A stretch of DNA of 64,000 nucleotides. Origin: Haliotis rufescens. Lineage: Eukaryota. Each line of letters starts with the position of its first letter. Position 1 is the stretch's first letter. The position numbers and the translations under genes are program-made. Below the pieces are notes generated by a model. The model had not been told where the DNA came from, did not search any database, and was given only the letters and a program-made list of their open reading frames with translations. This document shows positions 1 through 13,240 of this stretch, in pieces. The DNA lies in contig NW_025964013.1 of the NCBI RefSeq assembly GCF_023055435.1, positions 4,030,001-4,094,000 of the forward strand, given 5' to 3'.

Positions 1-292
1 TTGGCATGTGGTAGTAATTCAATAACGAATGAATGTTATCCGATCTGGGTGGATTTTTATAGGGCAAGAAATGGGGGAAAGCATGTGCATTTCAATTTGC
101 ACGGAACTCACGTGCATCGGGCTACCATGGCCATTGCCGTGAAGCAATTGGGCGATCGGTTTTATTTCATTGCATTTTTCCGGACAAGATAATGTTGAAT
201 TTTAGAAACTTTGACAAAAAATACGCAGATATTTAAATGACAACTTTTCAAGCATTGTTACTAGGGGTGACGGTTCTTTTGTGGTTCAGTAT
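1..292 (-). mobile_element. 5' end (TIR plus leader) of a Tc1-like transposon; transposase would start at the window edge
   Basis: Reverse complement begins TATACTGAACCACAAAAGAACC, resembling the Tc1 end TATACTGAACCAAA at ~57219. It reaches ATG CCA A at 7..1, a typical MP start. Confidence 0.5.
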
Positions 293-899
293 AGTTGATT
301 TATACATGGTATGCTATGAGAAAGGAGGCAAGCATTCACTCTAATTGTTGACAGGAATTGAACTGCTATATATAATTAGGATTTTTATTCCTCGACACTT
401 CTAATTTTAACCCCAACACGGCACATTCCGTAAGTGTACATATTTTTTCGAAACTGAAAGTGACAAAACCCTCTTAGCATCCGGCTCGCAAACAAGTATC
501 TGTTATATATACAGGTAGCTGTGTCACCACAATTTCACTTACTTGTAATCATTGTGCTGTTAGGTTTATGTTTTGTGTGCAATAAACTTTCGAAAAAACA
601 CCATGTTCTTGTATTATTCCTGAGTATCATTTACTACCGGATAGTTCATTGAACCTGACAACAGAAAATCCGGTATATAAATTGAATATATGTTATTGGA
701 AAATGTTGGTGGTCTGATATTCGACAAACGATGCGTCAAAACGCAGCCAGTGTCGATTTGCAATGCCTTAAACGGCATTGTTTACAAACTTGTTCAAAAA
801 TGTAACGGGGGAAAACAGAAAAGCAAAATGCACGTGCGAGTTATGGCATTCGTAATTCGTGGTAGTGGCTATAAAAAGGCCAGCATAAGCCAATAATAT

Positions 900-1751
900 C
901 ATTCAATTGTCAACATTGTTTCAAGTTCGAAAATTGCCCAGACCCAGCGCTGTCGAACGAAACATCGCCATTGGACGTATCCAAAGAGATGAATAGCAGT
1001 CTTCTGTTGCACGCCACTGCAACGTCCACCACAGCACCATTTGCCGCATTTGGGACCGATACACAGTTCAATTCAATTGCAGACCGTCCGAGAACCGGCC
1101 GACGCATCCCTGATTTGAGGAGGATAACGGACCAGACTGTCAGGAACCATCTTCGCGAGGCTGGAATCCGACTCAGAAGACCAGTTATCGTCCCTGTTTT
1201 GCAACAGATCCATCGACAGTGACGCTTGCATTGGTGTCATACCTTACAGTCTTGGAAATTGAGAAACTGGAGACGAGTGTGGTTTAGCGATGAATCACGA
1301 TTTCTTCTTGACAGGCGAGATAGAAGTCAAAGTGTTCATCGTCGTCGAAATGAGCGTTTGGACCCACAATGTGTACCTGAGTTAGTGTCATGGTGTGTGT
1401 ATGTGTGTGTGTGGAGGAGGAGGCATATCCTTCACCAGGAGATCTGGTTCAGGTAAATTTGACAGCAAGTCGCTACATGTTACGGTAAACTACCCTCATA
1501 ATGCCAACATCAACGGCATGCCCTGGCCGTCGAGATCTCAAGATCTCACACAAATCGAACACCTCTGGGATGAACTCGGTCGACGTGTTCGTCAGGGCCA
1601 GAACATGCGGCAGACACTCCCACAACTGGCGAACGCGTTACAAGCAGAATGGCGCAGAATTCCGCAGGACAGAATTCGTACTCTTATCCAGTCAGTACCG
1701 GGAAGATGCAGAGCCATGATTGCTGCCCGGGGCGGTCGCACGAGATACTGA
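900..1751 (+). pseudogene. Degenerate Tc1/mariner transposase with frameshifts and an internal deletion
   Basis: Fragments in different frames: DRPRTGR, TVRNHLREAG, WRRVWFSDESRF, WPSRSQDLTQIEHLWDEL, C-terminal RGGRTRY*. Confidence 0.9.
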
Positions 1752-2574
1752 GTTCAGCGCAACCTTGTGGCCTTATGTGACATAACAATGTACAGTTTTC
1801 AATGCCTTTGTACAACGACAACATGTGACTATCGAGGTTTCATATTTCATATTTGTATCTATGATTTTAGATTAAATACATCGACTTTATTAGGTACAAT
1901 ACAAAGTACTAAAAATCAACATACAGAGGAAAGTCAGTTGTTCACCAAAGGCTCGAGCGGCTGACATATTATTTACATAAACAATAGTTTCATGTTTACA
2001 AGGGAAGGTTTATGGCACTCCTACACTTGTGAGTGAAAAGTAGAAGTGTATACAACTACCGTTACCAAATAGGAAATGGATTATAAATATAAGCATCCAA
2101 AGCATACAAGCATGGCAAAAGCCAACTGGGTATCAGTGGCAGGCAACTGTACATGGTATATCGGATTTCGAACAAGCATGTGCCACGACCAATATTAAAT
2201 TTTTATAAATATTTAAATGGAAACAGCGACATTTATCAGAGTAGTCTGGTCACGGCATAAAGGGATATTATGGATTAGTTGCGAGTTTTTCTCTGTATGG
2301 CGGACATACACGTGATGTCCAGGGCGGGCAATCGTGATGGAAGCTATCATAACTGTACTCAAGCACATGAAAAGCAGATGACAAATTTACATGACCAAAC
2401 ATATCATAAATACTTGCGCAAAAGAACACCACAATTGTAAGAGGGGGTGTTATACGGTTTGAATTTGTCTAACATTTTCTTCTTAGAAATGTTTATTTTC
2501 TTGTTGCTGCCTTTTTCTATCAATTGTACATTCTTAGCCGACGAAGGAAGTCCAACTCAATCACCGGCTCAAAT

Positions 2575-3115
2575 CATTCAAGAGTGACTAGGACCTAGGC
2601 TGACAGCACTCAAGAATGACTTGGGCCTAGGCTGAGATGACTCAAGAGTGATATGGGCCTAGGCTGAGATGACTCAAGAGTGATAGGGGCCTAGTCTGAG
2701 GTCACTCAAGAGCGACTTGGACCTAGACTGAGATTACTCAAGAGTGACTAGGACCTTGGTTGAGATCACCCAAGAGTGACTTGGACCTAGGCTGAGATCA
2801 TTCAAGAATGATAGGGGACTAGGCTCAGATCACTTAAGAATGACAAGAACCTAGGCTGAGATCACTCAAGAGTGACTAGGACCTAGGCTGAGATTACTCA
2901 AGAGTGAATTGGACCTAGACTGAGATCACTCAAGAGTGATATGGGCCTAGGCTGAGATCGCTCAAGAGTGACTTGGACCTAGGCTGAGATCACTCAAGAG
3001 TGATATGGACCTAAACTGAGATCACTCAAGAGTGACTTGGATCTACGCTGAAAGCACTCGAGTTATCTGGACCGTGGCTGAGAACACTCAAGAGTGACTT
3101 TTACCTAGGCTGAGA
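2575..3115. repeat. 32-bp minisatellite (CACTCAAGAGTGACTTGGACCTAGGCTGAGAT)n, about 17 units
   Basis: Period 32 (ACCTAG at 2881 and 2913). Confidence 0.95.
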
Positions 3116-3119
3116 AGAA

Positions 3120-5410
3120 TTGACGAGTGGACGTGTGGACGTGCGGGCGTGTGGACGTGTAGTCGAGTGGACGTGTGGGCGTGTGGACATGTAGACGTGT
3201 GGGCGTGTGGGCGTCTGGGCGTGTGGACGTGTGGACGTGTGGACGAGTGGGCGTCTGGACGTGCGGGCGTGTAGACGTGTGGTCGAGTGGACGTGTGGGC
3301 GTGTGGACATGTAGACGTGTGGGCGTCTGGGCGTGTGGACGTGTGGACGAGTGGGCGTCTGGGCGTGTGAACGTGTGAGCCTGTGGGCGTGTGGTCATGT
3401 GGACGTGTGGACGTGTGGACGTGTGGACGAGTGGGCGTCTGGACGTGTGGACGTGTTTGACGCGTGGAAGTATGGGCGTTTTGACGTGTGAACGTGTGAG
3501 CATGTGGGCGTGTGGTCATGTGGACGTGTGGGCGTGTGGACGTGTGGACGAGTGGGCGTCTGGGCGTGTGGACGTGTTTGACGCGTGGACGTATGGGCGT
3601 TTTGACGTGTGAACGTGTGAGCGTGTGGGCGTGTGGTCATGTGGACGTGTGGGCGTGTGAACGTGTGGACGTGTGGGCGTCTGGGCGTGTGGACCTGTGG
3701 ACATGTGGACGCGTAGACAAGTGGACGTGTGGACCTGTGGACGTGTGGACGTGTAGACAAGTGGACGTGTGGACGAGTGGACGGTTAAGGATGCATTGAC
3801 GAGTGGACGTGTGGACGATGTGGGCGTGTGAACGTGTGGACGCGTGGGCGTGTGAACGTGTGGACGTGTGGACTTGTGGACATGTAGGCCTGTGGGCGTG
3901 TCGACGAATGGATGTGTGGGCGTGTGGACGAGTGGACGTGTGGACGTGTAGACAAGTGGACGTGTGGACGTGGGAAGTTGTAGATGCATTGACGAGTGGA
4001 CGTGTAGACGAGTGGACGATGTGGGCGTTTGAACGTGTAGACGAGTGGGCGTGTGAACGTGTGGGCGTGTGGACGTGACGACGAGTGGACGTGTTGTCGT
4101 GTGGACGAGTGGGCGTGTTGACGTGTGGACTTGTGGACATGTGGGCGTGTGGACGTGACGACGAGTAGACGTGTGGGTGTGTTGACGTGTGGACGCATGG
4201 ACGCGTGGGCGTATGAATGTATGGACGAGTGGACGTTTTGAAGTCTAGGCGTGTGGACGTGTTGACGTTTGGGCGTATTGGCGTGTAGACGTGTCGACGA
4301 GTAGACGTGTGGGCGTGTGGACGTGTTGACGTGTAGACGTGCAGACCAGTGAACGAGTGGACGTGTGGACGGGTGGACGAGTGGACGGGTGAAGTTGTGG
4401 ATGCATTGACGAGAGGACTTGTGGAGAAGTGGATGTGTGGGCGTGTGAACGTGTGAACGTGTGGACGTGTTGACGTGTAGACGTGCAGACCAGTGAACGA
4501 GTGGATGTGTGGACGTGTGGGCGTGTGGGCGTGTGGTCATGTGGACGTGTGGGCGTGCAGACCAGTGAACGAGTGGACGTGTGGACGGGTGGACGAGTGG
4601 ACGGGTGAAGTTGTGGATGCATTGACGAGAGGACTTGTGGAGAAGTGGATGTGTGGACGTGTGGACGAGTGGGCGTCTGGGCGTGTGGACGTGTGAACGT
4701 GTGAGCGTATGGGCGTATAGTCATGTGGACGTGTGGGCGTGTGAACGTGTGGACGTCTGGGCATGTGGACCTGTGGACATGTGGACGTGTAGACGGGTGG
4801 ACGAGTGGACGGGTGAAGTTGTGGATGCATTGACGAGAGGACTTGTGGAGAAGTGGATGTGTGGACGTGTGGACGAGTGGGCGTCTGGGCGTGTGGACGT
4901 GTGAACGTGTGAGCGTATGGGCGTATAGTCATGTGGACGTGTGGGCGTGTGAACGTGTGGACGTCTGGGCATGTGGACCTGTGGACATGTGGACGTGTAG
5001 ACGGGTGGACGAGTGGACGGGTGAAGTTGTGGATGCATTGACGAGAGGACTTGTGGAGAAGTGGATGTGTGGGCGTGTGAACGTGTGAACGTGTGAACGT
5101 GTGGACGTGTTGACGTGTAGACGTGCAGACCAGTGAACGAGTGGACGTGTGGACGGGTGGACGAGTGGACGGGTGAAGTTGTGGATGCATTGACGAGAGG
5201 ACTTGTGGAGAAGTGGATGTGTGGGCGTGTGAACGTGTGAACGTGTGGACGTGTTGACGTGTAGACGTGCAGACCAGTGAACGAGTGGACGTGTGGACGG
5301 GTGGACGAGTGGACGGGTGAAGTTGTGGATGCATTGACGAGAGGACTTGTGGAGAAGTGGATGTGTGGACGTGTGGGCGTGTGGGCGTGTGGACGTGTGG
5401 GCTTGTGGGC
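3120..5410. repeat. 8-bp-based satellite (GTGGACGT/GTGGGCGT)n with higher-order repeats
   Basis: Direct reading; 208-bp higher-order duplication (4635 vs 4843). Confidence 0.95.
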
Positions 5411-7299
5411 TGTAGTTATATGATAGAGCCGATTGTTCCTAAACTTCGTTTACAACTAGCATAGGTGCGGGGTAAATCAGTGACACATTCTCGTTGGTTA
5501 CTTAAGAATTGACCTTCACTTTGTGTGAGTTCATTGGAGTATGAACCTTCGTAGAATGAGGGCCAAACTGTATGAACGTCGGAGTTTGCGATTAATTTGC
5601 GGTAAATTCATAGATTGCTGGAGACGGTAAATGTCAGCCTAGGCACAGATTGAGTCAATACTACGATAGTTTAGATGTGCATTTCTTCGTTTGTCCATTA
5701 GGATGGGCCGCAGCGAGGATATTCGTGAACAATCATGCATTCACGCTGTCTGACATTTCTCAATGCATACTGAAACGCTGAGACCAAGAATAAAGGTGCT
5801 AAATGATCAGAAAGAACGCTTATGTATGTTTACGTGCTAGGGAATTCCCAGGGTTTCCCCCAGGAATGTGGAAGTAGTCCGTCAGTGTTTACGTCATTTC
5901 AAGAGCACGATCTCGTAAAAAACGTATGAACGTCAAATTGTGTCGTTCATACACTTATGAACGTCAATTTCGCGGTCATGTGACCGACCTTTCGTCCAAT
6001 GGAAAAGCCGTATATCGTGTAAACTTCAAATTTAAAAATTATTTACTAATGACCACATAGGTTTAGCTAAGGAAGATGTCCATAACATCTCTATATCATG
6101 CAATCCTCTAACTTGGCTCTACGTGGGGACGCATTTATTCCAGACACAAAAGAATGATGAAGCTGCACATGTTTGACATCGATCATGATATCATTTCGAT
6201 ATTTAATCTAGAGAATATAGGTTTTACAGACTGAACAGCGCTTGCCTTGTGACACCAGTATCTAGACTTAATAAGTATCTTGCATACTGAAATAACGTAA
6301 ACTATTGTCCTTAAAAGACAAATTCTATGCATCACTATTTTGTGATCCCTCGTGAATTTCCGAAGTAATCGTGACAGACGCATACGCATGCTAAGTGTAA
6401 AATAAAAAGCACTGCCGGACGATGCTGTGTAGTCTAACCAGCTGTTGCTCTGGTGTATTGTTACGGCGTGCATTCGGTATTACAGTAATTAGCTCGTTCT
6501 GACATTTTCCCCTCTGAATCGCTGAGGTAAGTACACAATGTATCACAGTGAACTCGCAGTTCGGTCAGCACTAATTGAGCTGGGAAGCACAGGCAGGTCC
6601 ATGACATACACATACATGGATCACGCCCATGATGTCGACGTGAAAGCCAGTGGGGACAAAGCCTCATTGATTTCACCATTTTCCTATAATTGCATACTTT
6701 GGCTCGCGTATACAATGTTTATACAATGTTGTTGTTTTCTAATACAGAATATTTACCATCTAAAACTCACTCGCGAGATAACTTCATTTATGTGCTGCTG
6801 TTGTTGTTGTCAACTTTATATTTATTTGTTTTCACTTTCGTTGTTGCGGATTCGACGACAAATATCAACTCATCCATTCACTCACATCCTTACTTAAAGC
6901 CCATCTTTTCGGCGCACCGTGTATTGCTCAAGCAAATTGACAATCCTCGCATGGATATGATTCTGTTTGACTATTGTATTAAGGTTCTTGTAGCTTCGTT
7001 GTGGTTGCTAATGTTGATGATGATGATGATGATGTTGTTGTTTCTTTCTGACTGTACATGATTGTCACAGGGAGGCTACTCAGCACGTACATTATTACAT
7101 GCTTACATTATTAAGTGGACAAGCGAGAAAATGGCACAAACATAAATTTCGTATTCTTTTCCCATGACAACATCCTGAGTGAAATATTCTCCTCTGGGAG
7201 CTTCAGTGGTGATAAGCTGCATCTTATCGCATGGGAAATCACGACCAGTCCACAAAGCCCAAGGTGACACAAAAGGTCTGAACGTTTCCCCTACTATTA

Positions 7300-8195
7300 A
7301 TGATGATTGCCTCCCAAATAATCATGCAGATTGTTTCCTCCACCTATTATGCAGATTGCTTCCTCCACCTATTATGCAGATTGCTTCCTGCACCTATTAT
7401 GCAGATTGTTTCCTCCAACTATTACGCAGATTGTTTCCTCCAACTATTACGCAGATTCTTTCCTCCAACTATTATGCAGATTGTTTCCTCCAACTATTAT
7501 GCAGATTGTTTCCTGCACCTATTATGCAGATTGTTTCCTCCAACTATTACGCAGATTGTTTCCTCCACCTAATACGCAGATTGTTTCCTCGAACTATTAC
7601 GCAGATTCTTTCCTCCAACTATTATGCAGATTCTTTCCTCCACCTATTATGCAGATTGCTTCCTCCACCTATTATGCAGATTGTTTCCTGCACCTATTAT
7701 GCAGATTGCTTCCTCCATCTATTATGCAGATTGCTTCCTCTACCTATTATGCAGATTGCTTCCTCTACCTATTATGCACATTGCTTCCTCTACCTATTAT
7801 GCACATTGCTTCCTGCACCTATTATGCAGATTGTTTCCTCCACCTATTATGCAGATTGCTTCCTCCACCCATTATGCAGATTGTTTCCTCCAACTATTAC
7901 GCAGATTGCTTCCTCCACCTATTATGCAGATTGCTTCCTCCACCTATTACGCATATTGCTTCCTCCACCTATTATGCGGATTGTTTCCTCCACCCATTAT
8001 GCAGATTGCTTCCTGCACCTATTATGCAGATTGCTTCCTCCACCCATTATGCAGATTGCTTCCTCCACCTATTACGCAGATTGCTTCCTCCACCCATTAT
8101 GCAGATTGTTTCCTCCACCTATTACGCATATTGCTTCCTCCACCTATTATGCAGATTGCTTCCTCCACCTATTATGCAGATAGCTTCCTCCACTA
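7300..8195. repeat. 25-bp minisatellite (ATTATGCAGATTGCTTCCTCCACCT)n, about 35 units
   Basis: Period 25 (7321, 7346). Confidence 0.95.
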
Positions 8196-8956
8196 ATGAT
8201 GCAGGTTCACCCAGAATCCCCATTCTTCCAGCAATGGTTAGTGAGAACAGTTGCACTGAAGGCCGATCTTGCATAGAATATCGACAACGTCAACGCTTTG
8301 TGTAACATCCAAGAAATGATAACAAGGGGTTGTAACAGCGCATGCCCCACGTTGACGAAGTATATAGACTCTGAAACGAGGAGTCCGTCCTTTATCCCCT
8401 TCATGCTGAGCGCCAGAGAGGGTAACAAAAATTATCATTTTTAACGTCCTTATGGTGACGCTCTATCAACAAGACCACAAGGCGGTCTGTCACCATTAGG
8501 AAGATCATGAAATCTTATTTAAACTGTATTGCCCCTTGTACTTCAAAAATATAACCAGTGTATAGGTCTAAAACTTAGCATGTACCTGGAAGGTATGAGA
8601 CGGACGAATCTTTTGCACATGTTCTCTAACCAAAAAGTAGGCGAGTGCACGAATGTGGACGTGTGAACGTTTGGACATCGAAGCTCTCACATTATTAAAT
8701 TATATCATTGAGGACGGTGTTGTTTGCTTGCTTACTTCCCCAATGGCATTAATTGCACAGTAACTGATCACGGGTGTCCAGGGTAGCATGTATCCAAAGT
8801 GACCAATGCTTTTGAAAAAAACAACTTTAACAGGATCGGTTTGCTACAGGGCATAGAATAGATTGTTGCGACAAAAGTCCACGAAAATTCATCCATAATG
8901 ATTGCTAAAGACAAAGGATATCCGCTATTTTAAACTTCATACTTTTCACTAATATC

Positions 8957-9257
8957 GGGGGGCACGGGTGGCCCAGTGTGTCGCAGTCTCTGCGATTCGC
9001 TGTGCAGAGTTGCGTCCCTTGGGCAAGCCAGAAACCTATGATTGTGGGTTCGAATCTCGGTTCGCCCTGATCATGTTTCTAGGTTTGTCAGCACCATATC
9101 CGTGCTCTCGGGTTTCACCGAAGAGGTAAACGTCTGAGACCTTCATCACGTCGGGCTTTCTTCCCACATTAAGCTGACACGCCATGAAATAACTGGAATA
9201 CTGTTAAAAGCGGCGTTAACCCAAACCCACTCACACAATCGCTCACTCACTCACTCA
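8957..9257 (+). mobile_element. tRNA-derived SINE, family A (long head), (ACTC)n tail
   Basis: A-box GTGGCCCAGT, B-box GGTTCGAATC, 3' end GGAATACTGTTAAAAGCGGCGT plus (CACT)n; second copy at 11402. Confidence 0.9.
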
Positions 9258-10338
9258 ATAATATTGAAATCAAATCAGGATGGATAGGTTTTGAATTTGA
9301 AGAAAGATGTGTCAAATCTACAATAACATGTTTACTCGATAGGGGGATATGCCAGATTGCTCCCCCCTCTAATTATACACCAGTCACTGAACCTTCATTC
9401 TCCTAATCATATCCGCAGATTGGACAGCCGCATAGCTGTATCTTGACGTTCAGGTGGCATTTTCAATAGTTAATGTACTGGTTCAACAGTAAGCCTTAAA
9501 CCAATGGTGACATTATTCCATCAGGTGATGTGCACTCGACATCTGGGTGATTTTATCCTGGTCATTATACCAATACTGACAAAGGAATAGGAGTACAGAG
9601 AGGTATCAAAGATCATGGAACTGACACCATATATCCACACTGTAGTTATGCCTTTATTTGACAATTTGGCACAGGACACTTATTTGAATTACAACTATTA
9701 AATTACCACAGAGGCCAAACCACAAGACCTGGTGCATGGCCTCGCGGACAAGGGACTGACTGTGAGAACTAAGCTAATGAGGCTGACTATATAAGTGACC
9801 AGGCTATACACCTGTGAGAGTTCAGACATACTGTCTCAGTAAAATAGAAGATGTGAACCCGCAGACTGAATTGTATGTTAATGTAGAACTCCCCTTAGAG
9901 ACACCACACTAAGTGTGATACTGGCGAGAATCCGATCTCCGGTACCCCAAGCATTCAAGTCCAAACCAAAAGGTTAGTGTTGAACTTATAAATTTTAGTC
10001 TGGGGTTCACACCATTAGGTACATTATCTACAATAACTCCAAAAATACTGGACCCCATGAAGACTCTTCCAGTTCGACAACAGTATATTCATCAGCTGTG
10101 CCCTTAAATAACTATCATTGTTTCCACGTACCAGCGTTTGGAATCTGTCAGCCCCAACTCCAGGACTCCGACTCAATCCCCACTGCAGGATATCTACCTC
10201 CATCACACGTACAAGGCCAACGCAATTGTGACAATCTTCCAGTACTGTTTCTGTGTGGTTCTTGTCAATCAACTCACTATCTATCAGTCAAATTCAAAGG
10301 CTGCTTGTCCTTTTGGTAAGCGTTAATTTATCTCTTTA

Positions 10339-10780
10339 TATACTTTTCAAAACAAGGATTCGATCATGAAATATGAAATCTTAATACCAAGAATAAGAAC
10401 AAAGATAAATGATGACGACAACCATCCTATGCAAGAACGTTTATATCTGCAAACATAAAAACAAAACGCATCATACAGTTTGTACGTGCGTAGGGTGCAA
10501 TTCCTGATTTTGACATTTGCAAAGAAGGTTGAATAATTTCTATGGATCATTATTTCTGTCAATCTTATTGATTCTGCGTACCATACAATTGTAATTTACA
10601 TGATTTCATTTATTGTGTACTAGCGATGCCGCGTCGGAAACGCGCAGAGCGTCTACGCGCTATCAGAATGCTGGAATCTGGTCAGCGTGCGGACCCGAAA
10701 GGTCGTGTCCACGTGCCATCTTTTCCCAGGTCAACGACAAGAGTACGGGATCGGTTGATCCGAAAACAGGTTCCGTGACA
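10339..10780 (+). mobile_element. 5' fragment of a Tc1-like element
   Basis: TATACTTTTCAAAA terminus; ATG at 10626 reads MPRRKRAERLRAIRMLESGQ, a Tc1 transposase N-terminus like MPSLSDVQRERVICMLQTG at 57522. Confidence 0.65.
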
Positions 10781-10929
10781 TCGAGCTCAAACGGCAAATC
10801 AAATTGCTGCAAACTTTCATCAGGCGACTGGACACAGGGGGAAAGCGCTGTCCATGCCAAACCGGAAGTTGGTAGGTAGCAACTACCATTTTCTCGCTGG
10901 ACAGTAGAAAATGTAATTTCTCCCGAATA

Positions 10930-12510
10930 CAATACGACCTTATCTGTACCCTAAAACAATAAGACCGTCACCTACATGCGTCCAAACATCCCATATAACA
11001 ATGGTCTGTGTTCTGATGCAATAAGACACTCACCTTACCTTTATCCCGATACTACAGCACGGCCACCTTACCTATGCAGTAAGACCGTCACATCATGTGT
11101 GCCCTGATACAATATCATAATCACCTTATCTGTGTACTGATGCAATACGACAGCCACCTTATCTTTGCCCTGATACAATATGACAGACACCTTATGTGTG
11201 CCCTGATACAACAAGACAGGAACCTTATGTGTGCCCAGATACCACAAGACAAGCACCTTATGCGTGCCCTGATACGATATGACAGACACCTTATGTGTGC
11301 CCTGATACAACAAGACAGGAACCTTATGTGTGCCCAGATACCACAAGACAGACACCTTATGCGTGTTCTGATACAATATGACAGATGCCTTATGTGTTCC
11401 TGGGGGGCACGGGTGGCCCAGTCGTCTAAGTCGCCGCGATTCGCTGTGCAGAGTTGCGTCCCTTGGGCACGCCAGAAACCTATGATTGTGGGTTCGAATC
11501 CCGGTTCGCCCCGATTATATTTCCAGGTTTGTCAGCACCATACCAGTGCTCGTGGGTTTCACCGAAGTGGTAAACGTCTGAGACCTGCATCACTTCGGGC
11601 TTTCCTCCCTCATTAAGCTGACACGCCGCGATATAACTGGAATACTGTTAAAAGCGGCGTCAAACTCACTCACTCATTATGTGTTCCTGATACAACAAGA
11701 CAAGCACCGTATGTATGCCATGATATAAAAAGACAAGCATCTTATCTTTGCTCTTATACAATATGACAGGCACCTTATGTGTTCCTAATACAACAGGATA
11801 GGCACCTCACGTGTGCCCTCCTACAACAAGACAGGCACCTTGTGTGTGCCCTGATACAACAAGACAATCACCCTATGTATGCCCTATTATAATTAGACAA
11901 ACATCTTACCCTTGCCGTGATACAATATGGGAAGCACTTTCTGTGTGCCCTGACACATCAAGACAGGCACTTGATATGATATGACAGATGCCTTATGTGT
12001 TCCTGATACAATAAGACAATCAACTTAATAATGTGTTTCTTATACAAGACAAGCACCTTATGTATGCCCTGAAATGATACGACAAGCACCTCATCTTTCT
12101 TCTGATACATGCACCTTATCTGTGCCCAGATACAGCATAACACGCACCTTATGTGTGACCTCATGCAACCAAACAAACATCTTATATGCGCCGTGATATA
12201 ATTAGATAAAAACCTTATGTGTGCCCCGATACAACAAGAAAAGCACCTTATGTGTGCCCCGATACAACAAGACAAGCACCTTATGTGTGCCCTAATACAA
12301 TACGACAAGCACCTTATGTGTGCCATGATACAACATGACAAGCACCTTATGTGTACCCTGATACCTGAAGACAAGCACCTTATATGTGCCCTGATACCTC
12401 ACGACAAACGCCTTATGTGTACGCTGATACAATATGACAAGCACCTTATATGTGTCCTATTAAAAATAAGGCAGGCACCTTATGTGTGTTCTGATACACA
12501 AAAACTGTAA
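10930..12510. repeat. 33-bp minisatellite (GACAAGCACCTTATGTGTGCCCTGATACAACAA)n upstream of gene copy 1
   Basis: 11-aa periodicity in the ORF track; interrupted by a SINE. Confidence 0.93.
11402..11676 (+). mobile_element. tRNA-derived SINE, family A, inserted in the minisatellite
   Basis: 12-bp TSD TTATGTGTTCCT at 11390-11401 and 11677-11688; A and B boxes; ACTC tail. Confidence 0.93.
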
Positions 12511-12898
12511 ATCCTCTCACAAGGAGAGTTGCCCTACCTGTGTCATAATCCAGTGTAACACATCTCACAAGAATGGATACGAACATGAATATGTACACCG
12601 TTTACTATAAACCCTTGTCCCCCCGAATAAGTTTTTGCCCATATGGCGCTCACTCCCGTATAAGTACTAGTGTTTTATCTGCTGATGAGCATGTATATTT
12701 AAAAAGTCAGAAGTCGTATTCACAATGCTCGTCAAAACATAGAGTACAAACAGGGTAATATTGTGGCCTCATGATAACAATCAATTACTGCACAAAGTGA
12801 TCTATTGTCTCCATGTTCATGCGTGATTTCAGCAATGGCCAGAGCATGTGTATAACTTTCAAAGTAGTTCAGACAGCGCCCATCTCCCATAAAAACCT

Positions 12899-13240
12899 AT
12901 GATTCAGAACAATGTAACTTTGTTAACAGTAGAATGAGAAGTAAATTTCATCTAATTCCCACACTTTTGTAACACCTTTACCCCAACCCCTTATGAGTTA
13001 GACAGTGACGTCAATGAATTAATAACACAGGATCCAACGTTTGTAGCACGGATTTGGAGACATTCTCCATATATTGTAGTAAAGTAACCAAAGTTCGTGC
13101 TCAATTACTGCCCACTTCTGACACGTTATTGTTCACCATCGCCTGTATCGACAGCTGCAATAAGACAGATCTATTGCAGGACAGGCCTATATAAGATAGA
13201 GTTGACGGGAGCACATCACCTCTTGTTCCTCGGATCCAAG
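12899..13240 (+). promoter_or_regulatory. Proximal promoter of copy 1: TGATTCA, CRE, dyad, TATA, Inr-like TCA
   Basis: TGACGTCA 13006-13013; CTGCAATA-N9-TATTGCAG ~13155-13179; TATATAAG 13188-13195; TCA at 13216-13218, about 30 nt after TATA; same motifs in the paralogs. Confidence 0.75.

Noticed and set aside
3088-5334. Many His/Thr/Pro-rich or Val/Trp-rich ORFs
   Set aside because: Translations of an 8-bp satellite, open in multiple frames on both strands.
7179-8305. 334-, 324- and 190-aa overlapping ORFs
   Set aside because: A stop-free 25-bp unit yields the same peptide in all three frames; not evidence of coding.
9420-10320. Possible LTR/PBS-like segment on the minus strand
   Set aside because: No second LTR, no TG..CA boundary, no gag/pol similarity that I could support.
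13097-13240. N-terminal ORF extensions and unspliced C-termini of the gene copies in the ORF track
   Set aside because: The extensions start at GTG/TTG and cover promoter or 5'UTR; the unspliced tails run into intron 1 and are not conserved between copies.
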